A stretch of 45,783 bases of DNA from Candidatus Hydrogenedentota bacterium (GTDB taxonomy: Bacteria > Hydrogenedentota > Hydrogenedentia > Hydrogenedentales > GCA-2746185), in contig CANKTP010000003.1 in the NCBI GenBank assembly GCA_947486375.1, positions 1 to 45,783 of the forward strand, read 5' to 3'. Position numbers and translations under genes: made by a program. Numbering within the stretch: position 1 is the stretch's first letter; the number at the start of each line of letters is the position of its first letter. Below the pieces are notes generated by a model. It saw only the letters and a list, made by a program, of their open reading frames with translations, made no database searches and was not told the DNA's origin. This document shows positions 26,141-36,206 of this stretch, one piece after another.

Positions 26141-29100
26141 GTGAATCCCTTCATCGAGACGATCCTCGCGGAAACCGCCCCAAGGCGCGACCGGTCGTTC
26201 GAGTCACTCTGTGCGGGCCGCTCCCACGCCGATTTGCTCCGATGCGCCGGAGAGCTGGAATCGTTCCGCCAGACAGCCGGGAACCTCTATCATCGCGTTC
26301 GCGCGATCGTGTTCCTATACGCCATTCACCGTTTCCGGGTCTCCGACGACGGGGCCATACCACCCACCGGGACCATCCCGCTCTCCGCCCATGCCGACTT
26401 CCAGAACCGTCGTTACGAGGAAGCGCTTAGCACGCTCAACGGCGCGCTTGCTCGATCCGAGGTCAATGGGGCCCTATCCTCCGGCTTGGCGGCCTGTTAC
26501 CACGCCCTTGCATTCCAGACCCTCGCCGACCAAGTCCGGCGCAGCGTCCGCTCGAGCCGGGGAAACCAGTGGACCTTCCGCGTGGGTCACCCCGACGATC
26601 ATCCGCTTCGCGTTCGTCCCGAGATGCTTTCGCGCCCCGGCGGCTCGCTCCTCTACCCCGTCCTGCGCGAGCTGACACCCGTCCGCCTCGACCTCACGCA
26701 TTGCGCCTGGTCCGATATTTTCTTCCTCGGCATGGACCAGCCGGAGGGAGCGCGCGTTGTCAACATCTCCGTTGACCTTGGCGTACAAGGACGCGATTCC
26801 GAGGTGCGCCCGCCAGTGGAAAGTTACGTGCGCGTCATCGAGGAACCCGTCCTCCGCCTGACGAGCATCGATCTGAACGGCACAAAAGACATCGCCTCGC
26901 TGGACGAGTTGTTCAACTTCGGCAACGATCACCTCGGCCTGCTGAAGGCCGGCGTCATCGCGTCGGGCCTTGTCCCGCCCTCCTTCGAGGGAACCAACCA
27001 TTCCATCGCCCGCATCTTGGAAAACACCGTCGGCAGGGGAATGGGAATCGAGCTGGTCACCAAGGTCAACGACATCCCCAAAGGCTCGCGCCTTGCCGTC
27101 TCGACGAATCTCCTCGCCTCGATCATCGCCGCGCTCATGCGGGCCACGGGCCAGACCCGGGCCATCGAGGGTCCCTTGGAGGAGGATGAACGCCGGCTTA
27201 CCGCGTCGCGCGCCATCCTCGGCGAATGGCTCGGCGGTAGCGGCGGGGGCTGGCAGGATTCCGGCGGCGTGTGGCCCGGCATCAAGGCCATCGAGGGGGC
27301 GTTGGCGGCCGAGGGCGATCCCGAGTACGGCGTCAGCCGGGGCGCGTTGCTCCCGTCGCATCGGGTGCTTCAGGGCCCGGACCTCCATCCCGAGATCGCG
27401 GAACGATTGGCGGCGTCGCTCGTGCTCATCCACGGGGGCATGGCGCAAAATGTCGGCCCGATTCTCGAGATGGTGACCGAGAAGTATCTCCTGCGTAGCG
27501 AAAACGAGCGCCGCGCCCGGGGCGAAGTCCAGGCAATCTTCGCGGGCATCCTCGTCGCCTTGCGCGAGGGTGACATGCGCGCCCTCGGGGAACGCACCAC
27601 GGCAAATTGGAACGGACCGCTCAAGCAAATCGTCCCGTGGGTCACCAACGAATTCACCGAGGCCATCATCGCCGCGGGACAACGGCGGCTCGGCAAGGAT
27701 TTCTGGGGCTTCCTCATGCTCGGGGGCATGTCTGGCGGCGGCATGGCCATGATTGTCAATCCAGCCCGCCGGGACGAATTCGTCGCCTCGATCCGCGAAA
27801 TCATGGCGGCCGAAAAGGCCCGGCTCGAGTACGCCCTGCCCTTTGCGATGGACCCCGTCGTGTACGACTTTGCCATCAACCGGTTCGGTACGAGGGCCGA
27901 CTTGTTGCGCGATAGGGAAGCGCTTATGCCGGGCCGATACTATGCGCTTCATCTGCCCGTGCTCGTTCGCACCGGCGCGGAGGCCCTTCCCTATGGCCGC
28001 CGGGCCGAATTGGATTATTTCGCCTCGGAACGCGCCAATCCGCAAGAGACGTCGGCCTTGTTCCCCAGCGTGATATCGAACTTGTTCAACGTGGGCCGCT
28101 CTGCGTTGCGCGACGAACGGCGGGCTTGGGACGACGACGCCCGCCGCATGATGGACGAAAACGGGTTCGATCCTGTGCAACACGATCGTATGCGCGGCGA
28201 CCTCGTAAGCGGTCGTATCGGCCTTGCGCGAAATCGATTGCCGATCAGCACGCTGATCGAGGACGTCCAGGACGGCGACATGCGCCAGTTGGCCGAATGC
28301 GCCCCCGATGCCGCCGCAGGCCAGCGCGCCTTGCACGAAGGCCGCGTCGCTGTCCTGACGCTTGCGGGAGGGGTCGGCAGCCGTTGGACCTCGGGCTCGG
28401 GGGTTATCAAGGCGCTGAATCCCTTCCTCTGGACGCACGGACGGCATCGTAGTTTCCTCGAACTACACTTGGCGAAGTCTCGCAAGTCCGGCCAGGCTTT
28501 CGGCACCCCCCTTCCCCACGCCATCTCGACCAGCTTTCTCACGCATGCCCCCACGGCCTTGGCCCTCGAATCCTCACCCGATCATGGCTACGCCGGTCCC
28601 CTGTATCTCTCTCCGGGCCGCTCGATTTCTCACCGCCTTGTCCCGATGCGGAGGGATTTGGTCTTCCTGTGGGAAGAAATGGCGCAGGAAATGCTCGACG
28701 CCCAACGTCAAAAGGTGCGCGATGGCGTCCGGGCGTCGCTGACGCGCTGGGCCGGGGAGGCCGGCGAAGGGACAAACTACACGGACAATGTCGCCCTGCA
28801 ACGATTTAACCCGCCCGGGCACTGGTACGAAGTCCCGAATCTCCTTCGAAATGGCGTGCTCAAGCGAATGCTCGCCGACCGGCCGCAGCTCGATACGCTC
28901 ATGGTGCATAACGTCGACACCTTGGGGGCGAACGTGGATCCGGCGGCCTATGGCGCGCACTTGGCCTCGGGCGATGCGTTAACCTTCGAAGTCGTGCCGC
29001 GCCGCTTCGACGATCATGGCGGCGGCATTGCCCGGGTCGATGGCCGGGTACGGCTGCTCGAGGGGCTCGCCCAGCCGCGCGAGGAAGACGAACTCGCGTT

Positions 29101-29470
29101 GCGCTATTACAATTCCCTCACCACCTGGGTTAGCATCGATGGGCTATTGGCCGCATTCGAGCTCCGCCGCGAAGACTTGGGCAACCCCGTGCGCGTCGAC
29201 GAGGCAGTCCGGCGCATGGCGGCACGCATGCCAACGTACCTCACGATCAAGGAAGTAAAGCGGCGCTGGGGACATGGCCAAGAGGACATATTCCCTGTCG
29301 CCCAATTCGAGAAACTCTGGGGCGACATGACGGCTTTGCCCGATCTCAAGTGCGGGTTTCTCTCGGTCCCGCGCCAGCGGGGACGGCAACTCAAAGGCCC
29401 CGAACAACTCGATCCCTGGGCGAACGATGGGGGCAAGGAATACTTGGAATCCCTGTGCCAGTTTGATTGA
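26141..29470 (+). CDS. Bifunctional GHMP-type sugar kinase / UDPGP-family (UTP-sugar-1-P) pyrophosphorylase
   Basis: N-half: PVRLDL...WSD, IPKGSRLAVS, GGGWQD and GGMSGGG (fucokinase/HddA-like GHMP motifs). C-half: LAGGVGSR, NPPGH, HNVDTLG, GG..R and QFEK (UDPGP/USP motifs). Confidence 0.75.
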   Translation: MNPFIETILAETAPRRDRSFESLCAGRSHADLLRCAGELESFRQTAGNLYHRVRAIVFLYAIHRFRVSDDGAIPPTGTIPLSAHADFQNRRYEEALSTLNGALARSEVNGALSSGLAACYHALAFQTLADQVRRSVRSSRGNQWTFRVGHPDDHPLRVRPEMLSRPGGSLLYPVLRELTPVRLDLTHCAWSDIFFLGMDQPEGARVVNISVDLGVQGRDSEVRPPVESYVRVIEEPVLRLTSIDLNGTKDIASLDELFNFGNDHLGLLKAGVIASGLVPPSFEGTNHSIARILENTVGRGMGIELVTKVNDIPKGSRLAVSTNLLASIIAALMRATGQTRAIEGPLEEDERRLTASRAILGEWLGGSGGGWQDSGGVWPGIKAIEGALAAEGDPEYGVSRGALLPSHRVLQGPDLHPEIAERLAASLVLIHGGMAQNVGPILEMVTEKYLLRSENERRARGEVQAIFAGILVALREGDMRALGERTTANWNGPLKQIVPWVTNEFTEAIIAAGQRRLGKDFWGFLMLGGMSGGGMAMIVNPARRDEFVASIREIMAAEKARLEYALPFAMDPVVYDFAINRFGTRADLLRDREALMPGRYYALHLPVLVRTGAEALPYGRRAELDYFASERANPQETSALFPSVISNLFNVGRSALRDERRAWDDDARRMMDENGFDPVQHDRMRGDLVSGRIGLARNRLPISTLIEDVQDGDMRQLAECAPDAAAGQRALHEGRVAVLTLAGGVGSRWTSGSGVIKALNPFLWTHGRHRSFLELHLAKSRKSGQAFGTPLPHAISTSFLTHAPTALALESSPDHGYAGPLYLSPGRSISHRLVPMRRDLVFLWEEMAQEMLDAQRQKVRDGVRASLTRWAGEAGEGTNYTDNVALQRFNPPGHWYEVPNLLRNGVLKRMLADRPQLDTLMVHNVDTLGANVDPAAYGAHLASGDALTFEVVPRRFDDHGGGIARVDGRVRLLEGLAQPREEDELALRYYNSLTTWVSIDGLLAAFELRREDLGNPVRVDEAVRRMAARMPTYLTIKEVKRRWGHGQEDIFPVAQFEKLWGDMTALPDLKCGFLSVPRQRGRQLKGPEQLDPWANDGGKEYLESLCQFD

Positions 29471-29520
29471 ACCAGGCGCCGCAATTCGCTTCGCGCCGGC
29501 CCGGCCGGCCCGACATTCGG

Positions 29521-32061
29521 TTAGCGCAGCGCGACCGCCTCGCCACGGCGCAAGGTAAGAATCCGCCCGTCTGCGCTCGAAAGGGTCACGGTGCGCAACT
29601 CCGGATTATGTTGAGACAATGTCCATCCGGGCCGTAGGTCTTCCCCGATGGTCAATGTGGAACGTTGTTCGGCGCCCGCCGGAGTACGCACGGCCAGGGT
29701 AAAGAGTGTCGCGCCGCTGTTGTCGGTGAGAATCCCCTTTAGTTCCACTTCATCGTACGTTCCGCCTTCGCCCTGGGATTTCCCGGGGGAATCGAGCGGC
29801 GGTGGCTCCCGCGTAGCCCCGGCGACTTGCGTCTCGCCCGGTTCCGCGCCAGTGGGCGCGTTGGCGATTTCAGGGCTTGTTACCGGGCGCGACGCGACCG
29901 TGAATGTGGACTCCTCGGCGTCGCCTTGGCTGGATTGTGCGATGACCCGGTACTCGCCTTCCGGCAGGAGCAATTCGAACGAAACGTCTTGGCCGGGCTT
30001 GACGGCCGCAATCTGGCCGTAGGCATTCTCTCGGATTCCCGGCCACTCGACTGGGAGCCATGAATTCGCGCCGGCCTTTTTCTCCAAGAGAAACGTGTAC
30101 GCCGCGCGGGCTTCGGAATTGCGACCGACGAGCAAGGCCGCGCGATGCCCCTCATTCCGCGCGCTGACAGTCCAATGCTGTGCGGACAGGGGAACGCCAG
30201 GCCCGGGGAGGGACGCGAAATCCCCCGCAAGGGTCCGAATTGTCAGGGTAGGCGCAAAGAATCCGGCGCCGTCCGTAAGAATCAGAAAGATACCCAAGGC
30301 CGACGCGGTCCCAATGGCCAACGGCCATCGCTTGGGTCCTTCGCTCGATAGGACGGCCATCACGGCCGATGCCGCGATAAGCAGGTTTCCGGCGATTAGC
30401 AGTAACATGCCGGGGCGGAGCGCCCACATCGAACCGGATCGAAAGCGCGCGGACATCGGGTCCACATCGAAAGCGGTCTGATGAAGCATCCAAGCGCCGA
30501 GTAGCGTGGCAATGCCCCACAGGACGGAGATGAGGGCCCCGCGGAGGAATCCATTCGACAGCCCTGCGGCCAGGGACACCATTGCGCCCAATAGGATCGG
30601 ACCGAGGAATGCCCAGCGCGCGGAAATCGAATTGTCGGGAAACTCGAAAAACGCCGAAACAAGGGATAGCCCATTCATGGCTGGAAGAAAGACCCCTATC
30701 GCCAAGAGAAGCGACGCGCCCCAAGCGATCCATTGATCCGGGCCGTTTTTCGAATTCATCGGCCGGAGCGCAAGCCTGGCTAGGAAAGTCCCCTTGGCAT
30801 GAGGAACGTCCTGGGCCGAACGGGCCCGTACGGCGCCCCCGGCGACGGCGCGCGCCTTGACCGCATCGACCTTGGCTCGCACATATTGACGTTCCAGGGC
30901 GTCGTATTTGACGCGATCGATCTCGCCAATCTGGAGACGACCGCGCAAAAGGTCGAGCTGGGCCTCGGCGGAGTCCGCGTCGGATTGACAATCGCCTTGG
31001 AGCTGGAGAAGCCGGTCGCGGCAGAACGCCGCCGTGGCCTCCGCGATGATGCGTTCGGCCTTGCAATCGGCCTTGGCCTCGCCCAATGCCCGGCCCTCCT
31101 TGGGCTCCCCGGCCTCCATCTTGGCGATCTCGAGAAGCTTGCGCCCGGCCTGGGCACGGCGGTGCAAGGCATCTCGCAAGGCGTTTGCGTGAATGTTCAG
31201 GAGCGGATCGGTCTCCTCGGGATCGGAGGGAACCGAGACGGTAAAGCCGTCAATCGGGACACTATCGATGGGAACCTCGATGTATCCTCCCGCCAGGTGG
31301 GGATTGGAGGTGGCCAGCCACCCGCGGAGGTTGTGCTGGCGGCGCTCAAGACGGTCGCGCCGGCGGCGCAGCCGGTCTATCGTGTCGCGGTACCGGTCGA
31401 AGGAAACTTCCCCTACCCGGGCCTCGAGTCCCGTCTGGACGATTTTCTCGTGCGTGCTGGCAAGCTCGATGGCGACTTCCATGAGCACCTGCCGCAATTG
31501 CTCGTCGAGGTCGACGCGCACTCGCTTGAGATCCAAAAGGCGCCGCCGCAGGTGAGCCCTCTGTTGCCCGGAGGCATCGCCCTCCTCGTTCAATGCGGCC
31601 AACTGCCGCTCCATCTTATGGCGCACGCTGCACAGGTTGCGAAGCGGCTCGAAGGTGTCAAGCGGGACCGTATTTACCCGTTCCGACGATTCCCCCAGCG
31701 AGATTACCTTTCGTCCCGCTTTGGCCGATGCCACCACTCGCTGTTCCGCCGCCCCGACACGCCCGGATTTCGGACTCCTCGCGACCGGCGCCACCGCGGG
31801 CGTGGGAGGGGTTTCGTCTGTAGGAGTTGACTCCTCTTCGACCGTAGCAGCCGACTTGCGACCGGGTTTTCGCAAGAATTCCGGATGATCCCGGAGGTAG
31901 ATATCGATGACATCCTCCCCGATTTCATCGCGACGGGGAATGCGGATTTTCTGGCGGCAGGCCACGCACTTGCCAGGCAGCCCGAACATCTTCACGGACA
32001 CTTTCATCTTTTGTCCGCAGATGCAGTATATCCGTAAATGCGAACGCTCGCCTTCGGGCAT
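29521..32061 (-). CDS. Hypothetical membrane protein: Zn-ribbon, coiled-coil, TM bundle, C-terminal extracytoplasmic domains
   Basis: N-terminal CICG...CVAC; long charged helical region; about 5 hydrophobic helices; C-terminal LKGIL...IGE...GW beta domain. Confidence 0.75.
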   Translation of the reverse strand: MPEGERSHLRIYCICGQKMKVSVKMFGLPGKCVACRQKIRIPRRDEIGEDVIDIYLRDHPEFLRKPGRKSAATVEEESTPTDETPPTPAVAPVARSPKSGRVGAAEQRVVASAKAGRKVISLGESSERVNTVPLDTFEPLRNLCSVRHKMERQLAALNEEGDASGQQRAHLRRRLLDLKRVRVDLDEQLRQVLMEVAIELASTHEKIVQTGLEARVGEVSFDRYRDTIDRLRRRRDRLERRQHNLRGWLATSNPHLAGGYIEVPIDSVPIDGFTVSVPSDPEETDPLLNIHANALRDALHRRAQAGRKLLEIAKMEAGEPKEGRALGEAKADCKAERIIAEATAAFCRDRLLQLQGDCQSDADSAEAQLDLLRGRLQIGEIDRVKYDALERQYVRAKVDAVKARAVAGGAVRARSAQDVPHAKGTFLARLALRPMNSKNGPDQWIAWGASLLLAIGVFLPAMNGLSLVSAFFEFPDNSISARWAFLGPILLGAMVSLAAGLSNGFLRGALISVLWGIATLLGAWMLHQTAFDVDPMSARFRSGSMWALRPGMLLLIAGNLLIAASAVMAVLSSEGPKRWPLAIGTASALGIFLILTDGAGFFAPTLTIRTLAGDFASLPGPGVPLSAQHWTVSARNEGHRAALLVGRNSEARAAYTFLLEKKAGANSWLPVEWPGIRENAYGQIAAVKPGQDVSFELLLPEGEYRVIAQSSQGDAEESTFTVASRPVTSPEIANAPTGAEPGETQVAGATREPPPLDSPGKSQGEGGTYDEVELKGILTDNSGATLFTLAVRTPAGAEQRSTLTIGEDLRPGWTLSQHNPELRTVTLSSADGRILTLRRGEAVALR

Positions 32062-32245
32062 AAAAACCGTTTCCTCCCCGACGAAGCACCCTGACGGCGC
32101 CCCTTACCTAAGGTGGCCCGGAAGGGACACTTAAGGCTGCTATCTTACTCTCGCACATGCCGCGCGACTTTGCAAATCGGCACAGTTGCTTCCCCCCCAA
32201 CTTTCCACGGACAATACCGATCCTGCATCAACTGGAGATGTTACT

Positions 32246-33346
32246 GTGCGCGTATGCGACGTGATGGCCGTGATGGACAAGTGGGCACCGCCGGAGTTGG
32301 CGTATTCGTGGGACCGGTGCGGCCTTCACGCGGGCCGTCCGGATCAGGAAGTCCGAAAGGTGCTCACCTGCCTGACCGTGACGAAGGCCGCCTTGGCCGC
32401 GGCAAGGAAGGGGCGGGCGGAAATGATTGTGGCGCACCACCCGCTGATTTGGGACCCGTTGAAGACACTGCGCGAGGACAATGAAGAGGCGATGCTTTGC
32501 CTGGATGTGGCGCGGGCGGGGATCGCGTGTTATGCGGCGCATACGAACCTCGATGTGGTTCCGGGCGGCGTGAACCACGTTCTTGCCGGGCGGCTGGGGT
32601 TGACAAACCTTTCGTCGTTGATCCGGGTTCCCCACGCCCAATTGACAAAGCTGGTCGCCTTTGTACCCGGTACGCATTTGGCGGCGGTGCGTGAGGCCGT
32701 GTGCGCGGCGGGCGCGGGAACGATCGGGGACTACACGCATTGCAGTTTCAGCGCGCCGGGCATTGGAACGTTTATGCCGGGGGCCGGAACGGCGCCTTTC
32801 AGCGGCCGGACGCACGTCGTGAACGAAGAACCCGAGCAGCGTTTCGAGACGCTGGTGCCGAAGGCGCGATTGGCGCATGTCCTTGCCGCGTTGTGCGCGT
32901 CGCATCCTTACGAGGAAGTGGCCTACGACGTCGTCCCGTTGGCGAACCCCGACAAAATGGTTTCCCTGGGGCTCCGTGGAGACCTCGCGAAGCCGGTCAA
33001 GCTTGACGCCTTCGCGGCGGCGGTGCGAAATTCGCTCGACATCAGGCATGTCCGCGTCACGGGGGATCCAAGACGTTCGGTGAGGCACGTCGCCGTGATG
33101 GGGGGCGCGGGAGGCGGCAGCACCGGGGAAATTCCCGGCGATGTGGATGTTTACGTAACCGGGGATGTGAAATACCACGAGGCAATCACTGCGAACGAAC
33201 GCGGACTCGCCGTGATAGACGCGGGACATCATGGCACGGAAAAATGGATAGCGCCCGCAATAGCCGACTACGTGAGGACCCATTGCAGGGGAATCAAGGC
33301 GAGCGCCTACATGGAGCCGGACCCCTTTCGCGTGGTGACGGGGTGA
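32246..33346 (+). CDS. Nif3-like dinuclear metal center protein with PII-like insertion (YqfO type)
   Basis: WDRCGL, AHHPLI, HTNLD, GAGTIGDYTHCSF, HPYEEVAYD, TGDVKYH and DAGHHGTE. Confidence 0.92.
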   Translation: MRVCDVMAVMDKWAPPELAYSWDRCGLHAGRPDQEVRKVLTCLTVTKAALAAARKGRAEMIVAHHPLIWDPLKTLREDNEEAMLCLDVARAGIACYAAHTNLDVVPGGVNHVLAGRLGLTNLSSLIRVPHAQLTKLVAFVPGTHLAAVREAVCAAGAGTIGDYTHCSFSAPGIGTFMPGAGTAPFSGRTHVVNEEPEQRFETLVPKARLAHVLAALCASHPYEEVAYDVVPLANPDKMVSLGLRGDLAKPVKLDAFAAAVRNSLDIRHVRVTGDPRRSVRHVAVMGGAGGGSTGEIPGDVDVYVTGDVKYHEAITANERGLAVIDAGHHGTEKWIAPAIADYVRTHCRGIKASAYMEPDPFRVVTG

Positions 33347-33348
33347 AC

Positions 33349-33831
33349 ATGGCTGCGGGGAATGAATTGATCGTCGAAAGCGAATCGCCCGACGACACCG
33401 AGTCCCTCGGCGGTGCGTTGTACAGATTGTTGCCACCGGGAACCGTTGTCGCGTTACAAGGCGACTTGGCGGCGGGAAAGACGTGTCTTGTCAGGGGCAT
33501 GATGCAGCGGGAGGCCCCGGGCGTCGAGGTTTCCAGCCCGACGTTCACGCTCGTCAATCAGTACAAGGGCGATCGGACTGTCTACCACCTTGACCTCTAC
33601 CGGCTGTCGGGCCCGGTGGAACTCATCGATCTCGGTTTCGAGGAATTTTTCGACCCGCAGGGGGCCGTGTGTCTCGTCGAGTGGGCCGAACGCGCGGGGG
33701 ATTTGCTTCCCGACAGCCGGGTGGACATTTACCTCGACCATGCCGGCGCAGACAAACGGCGCATCCGCATCGTGGATCGTGGCGTGCTTCCCGTCGGCTG
33801 GGAAGATGCTCTCAAACAGGGCAGGCCTTGA
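33349..33831 (+). CDS. tsaE: tRNA threonylcarbamoyladenosine biosynthesis ATPase TsaE
   Basis: GDLAAGKT, VSSPTFTL, YHLDLYRL and VEWAE. Confidence 0.93.
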   Translation: MAAGNELIVESESPDDTESLGGALYRLLPPGTVVALQGDLAAGKTCLVRGMMQREAPGVEVSSPTFTLVNQYKGDRTVYHLDLYRLSGPVELIDLGFEEFFDPQGAVCLVEWAERAGDLLPDSRVDIYLDHAGADKRRIRIVDRGVLPVGWEDALKQGRP

Positions 33832-36109
33832 GAGCGTCGAGCATTTCCTTCGCGGACTGGTAGCGCGAGGCGGGGTCCTTCGCGACGCTCTTCATCACAA
33901 TCGCGTCCATTTCCGGGGATACCCCGTCGGTCACTTCGCTGGGCTTCGGCGGGATTTCGTTCAGCTGGCGCACGAGCACGTCGCCGTCGCCAAAGACGAT
34001 ACGGCCAGTGAGGACCTCGTGCAACACGAGGCCAATCGCATAGACATCCGAACGCGGATCGGCATCCTTGCCAAGGACCTGCTCGGGGGACATATAGCAT
34101 GGGGTTCCCATGACGACGTTCGACTTGGTCATGCGATTGTTCTCGGATTTCGCCAGGCCGAAGTCCATCAGCTTGACCAACCCGCCCTTTGCGACGAGGA
34201 TATTGTCCGGTTTGATGTCGCGATGGACGATCCCGGCCTGATGGATTGCCTGGAGCGCATCGCAGGTCTGGGCTATCAGGTTACGCGCCTCGCGGGGGCT
34301 GAGTTTCCCCTTGCCCTGGACATACTTGAAAAGGTTGACGCCCTCGACGAACTCCATCGCGATGTACGCCTTGCCTTCGCTGGCGCTGATGTCGTAGATG
34401 TTAACGATGTTCGGGTGCGATATCTTGGCCGCGCTCCGGGCCTCGCGAATGAACCGTTGACGGTATTCCTCGGAATTGTCGACGAGGCTGCCGAGAAATT
34501 TCAGGGCGACCTTGCGGTCGAGCTGTTTGTCGCGCGCGAGATAGACGACGCCCATGCCGCCGCGGCCTAGTTCCTGTTCGAGGTCATAGCGTTCGCCAAG
34601 GCTGCGCTCGACCATTTCCATGACCTTACCGTCAGCGCCGGCCTGGCGGGCGCCCGCTGAAGATGGGGTTAGCACCGGTCCCTGGCTTTCGAGCATGGAT
34701 ATCCGGGAGTCGATGCTGGAGGCCCGGTTGTTCACGTCGCGGAAGGCCTTGTCCACGGCGCCGATCTTGTAGAGCAGGTCACGGGATTGACGGAGTTGGC
34801 CGAGTTGCTCCTGCGCCAGCGCGAGCATGTAGAAGTAGTCGATGGTGCCGCGATCGACGCGTTTCCCCGTGAGGTGATTGTCCAAGGTCGCGGCGCAATG
34901 GGCATAGTCGTGGATCTCGTAGAAGCAGCGTCCAAGGAGCGCGCGGGAAGGATCGAATTCCTTGTCGGTGTCGGGAAGTTTCTGCAACATCGCCACGGCG
35001 TCCTCAAACCTGCCGGCGTGGGCATACCCAAGGCCGGCGCGGTACCAGGCTTGTCCCTTCGCGTAGCACTCCGCCGAGCGGACGGGTTCCTTGGCCTTCG
35101 CATAGCATTCGCCGGCCTTGACGTATTCGGTGGCCGTGGCATACTGTTGCGCGGCCTCCTTCCAGCGATTGGCGTTTTCGTAGAACATGCCGGCAATTCG
35201 GGAGGCTTCCTTGGTGTTGCCCGATTCCTGCATGCACCGGGCCGCCTCCTCCAACTTGCCGGCAAGGAGAAATACTTCCCCGGCCTTCTTGAGATCTCCT
35301 GCTTCCTTGAATAACAGGCCGGCCAGGTCGTGGCGGCGGCTTTTCTCGAAGGTGGTCGCGAGAAAGGGAAAGAGTTGTTGCCGCACTTCCGGTCCGATTT
35401 TCCCCCGGACCGTTTCGTCCTGGAGTAATGCGAAACATTTCTCGGCGGCGGCGGCCCGCAGATTCATGTCGTCCTTCGCTTGCTGGAAGTATTCGAGATA
35501 GAGGGTAAAGGCCTGCTTGTAGTTCCCCGCATCGCCGAATGACTGCGCCGCTTCCGCCGGCAAGCCCGCCTTCGTGAAGGATTTCGCCGCGTCGGCGTGT
35601 TTTCCAGACTCGCGGAAGAATCGGGCGGCGGTGAGGAAGTCGCCCAACTTGAAGAGGATGCGCGCTGCCTTGACGGTTTGCCCGGACTTGGCCAGTTGAT
35701 CCGCGCAGCGGTGTTTGTTGCCGGACTTCTTGAAAAACTTCGCGGCGAGCTTGGGCTCGTTCAACGCGGCATAGGTTTCGGCGAGCCCATTCCAATCCTT
35801 TGCTTTCTTGAACTGTGCGACGGAGCGGTCGAGATTGCGGGCCGCCTCCATCGTCTGGACATGCTGGGGGTTCTTCGTGACGAGCGCGTCAATATCGGCA
35901 CGATCGGTGAGGCGATCGGACTTTAACGTCCTCATAAGGGTCTTGGCCGCCCAGCGGACGAACGCCAGCGCCAGGGCGAATACCATCAGGTCGTAAACCA
36001 GATACCACCATGGTTGGGCTGGAAATTCGGTTGCGTCCAAGAAAAAGTCGAAGGGAGGCTCGACAAATGTACGGATCGGGATCAAGGATTCGAGAATTCG
36101 GTCTACCAT
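33812..36109 (-). CDS. Hanks-type Ser/Thr kinase with N-terminal TM helix and 13-residue helical repeats
   Basis: GRGGMG, VALK, HRDIKPDN, DFGLA and GTPCYMSPE lie at the C-terminus; AAxxF/YxxAG repeats lie upstream. Confidence 0.92.
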   Translation of the reverse strand: MVDRILESLIPIRTFVEPPFDFFLDATEFPAQPWWYLVYDLMVFALALAFVRWAAKTLMRTLKSDRLTDRADIDALVTKNPQHVQTMEAARNLDRSVAQFKKAKDWNGLAETYAALNEPKLAAKFFKKSGNKHRCADQLAKSGQTVKAARILFKLGDFLTAARFFRESGKHADAAKSFTKAGLPAEAAQSFGDAGNYKQAFTLYLEYFQQAKDDMNLRAAAAEKCFALLQDETVRGKIGPEVRQQLFPFLATTFEKSRRHDLAGLLFKEAGDLKKAGEVFLLAGKLEEAARCMQESGNTKEASRIAGMFYENANRWKEAAQQYATATEYVKAGECYAKAKEPVRSAECYAKGQAWYRAGLGYAHAGRFEDAVAMLQKLPDTDKEFDPSRALLGRCFYEIHDYAHCAATLDNHLTGKRVDRGTIDYFYMLALAQEQLGQLRQSRDLLYKIGAVDKAFRDVNNRASSIDSRISMLESQGPVLTPSSAGARQAGADGKVMEMVERSLGERYDLEQELGRGGMGVVYLARDKQLDRKVALKFLGSLVDNSEEYRQRFIREARSAAKISHPNIVNIYDISASEGKAYIAMEFVEGVNLFKYVQGKGKLSPREARNLIAQTCDALQAIHQAGIVHRDIKPDNILVAKGGLVKLMDFGLAKSENNRMTKSNVVMGTPCYMSPEQVLGKDADPRSDVYAIGLVLHEVLTGRIVFGDGDVLVRQLNEIPPKPSEVTDGVSPEMDAIVMKSVAKDPASRYQSAKEMLDALKACPV

Positions 36110-36206
36110 TTACGGGCTTCCTCAATTGAAAGTGGCGATAGCGGCCTGAATCTACCGAACGAAAGTCTAACATAACGCACAATTCGCGGGAAGGGGCGGG
36201 GCGAGT

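Noticed and set aside
32107-32140. CCC-GGAA-GGG hairpin as SRP (4.5S) RNA
   Set aside because: It lacks the conserved CAGG...GGAA...AGCA internal loops, so it is only an imperfect intergenic hairpin.
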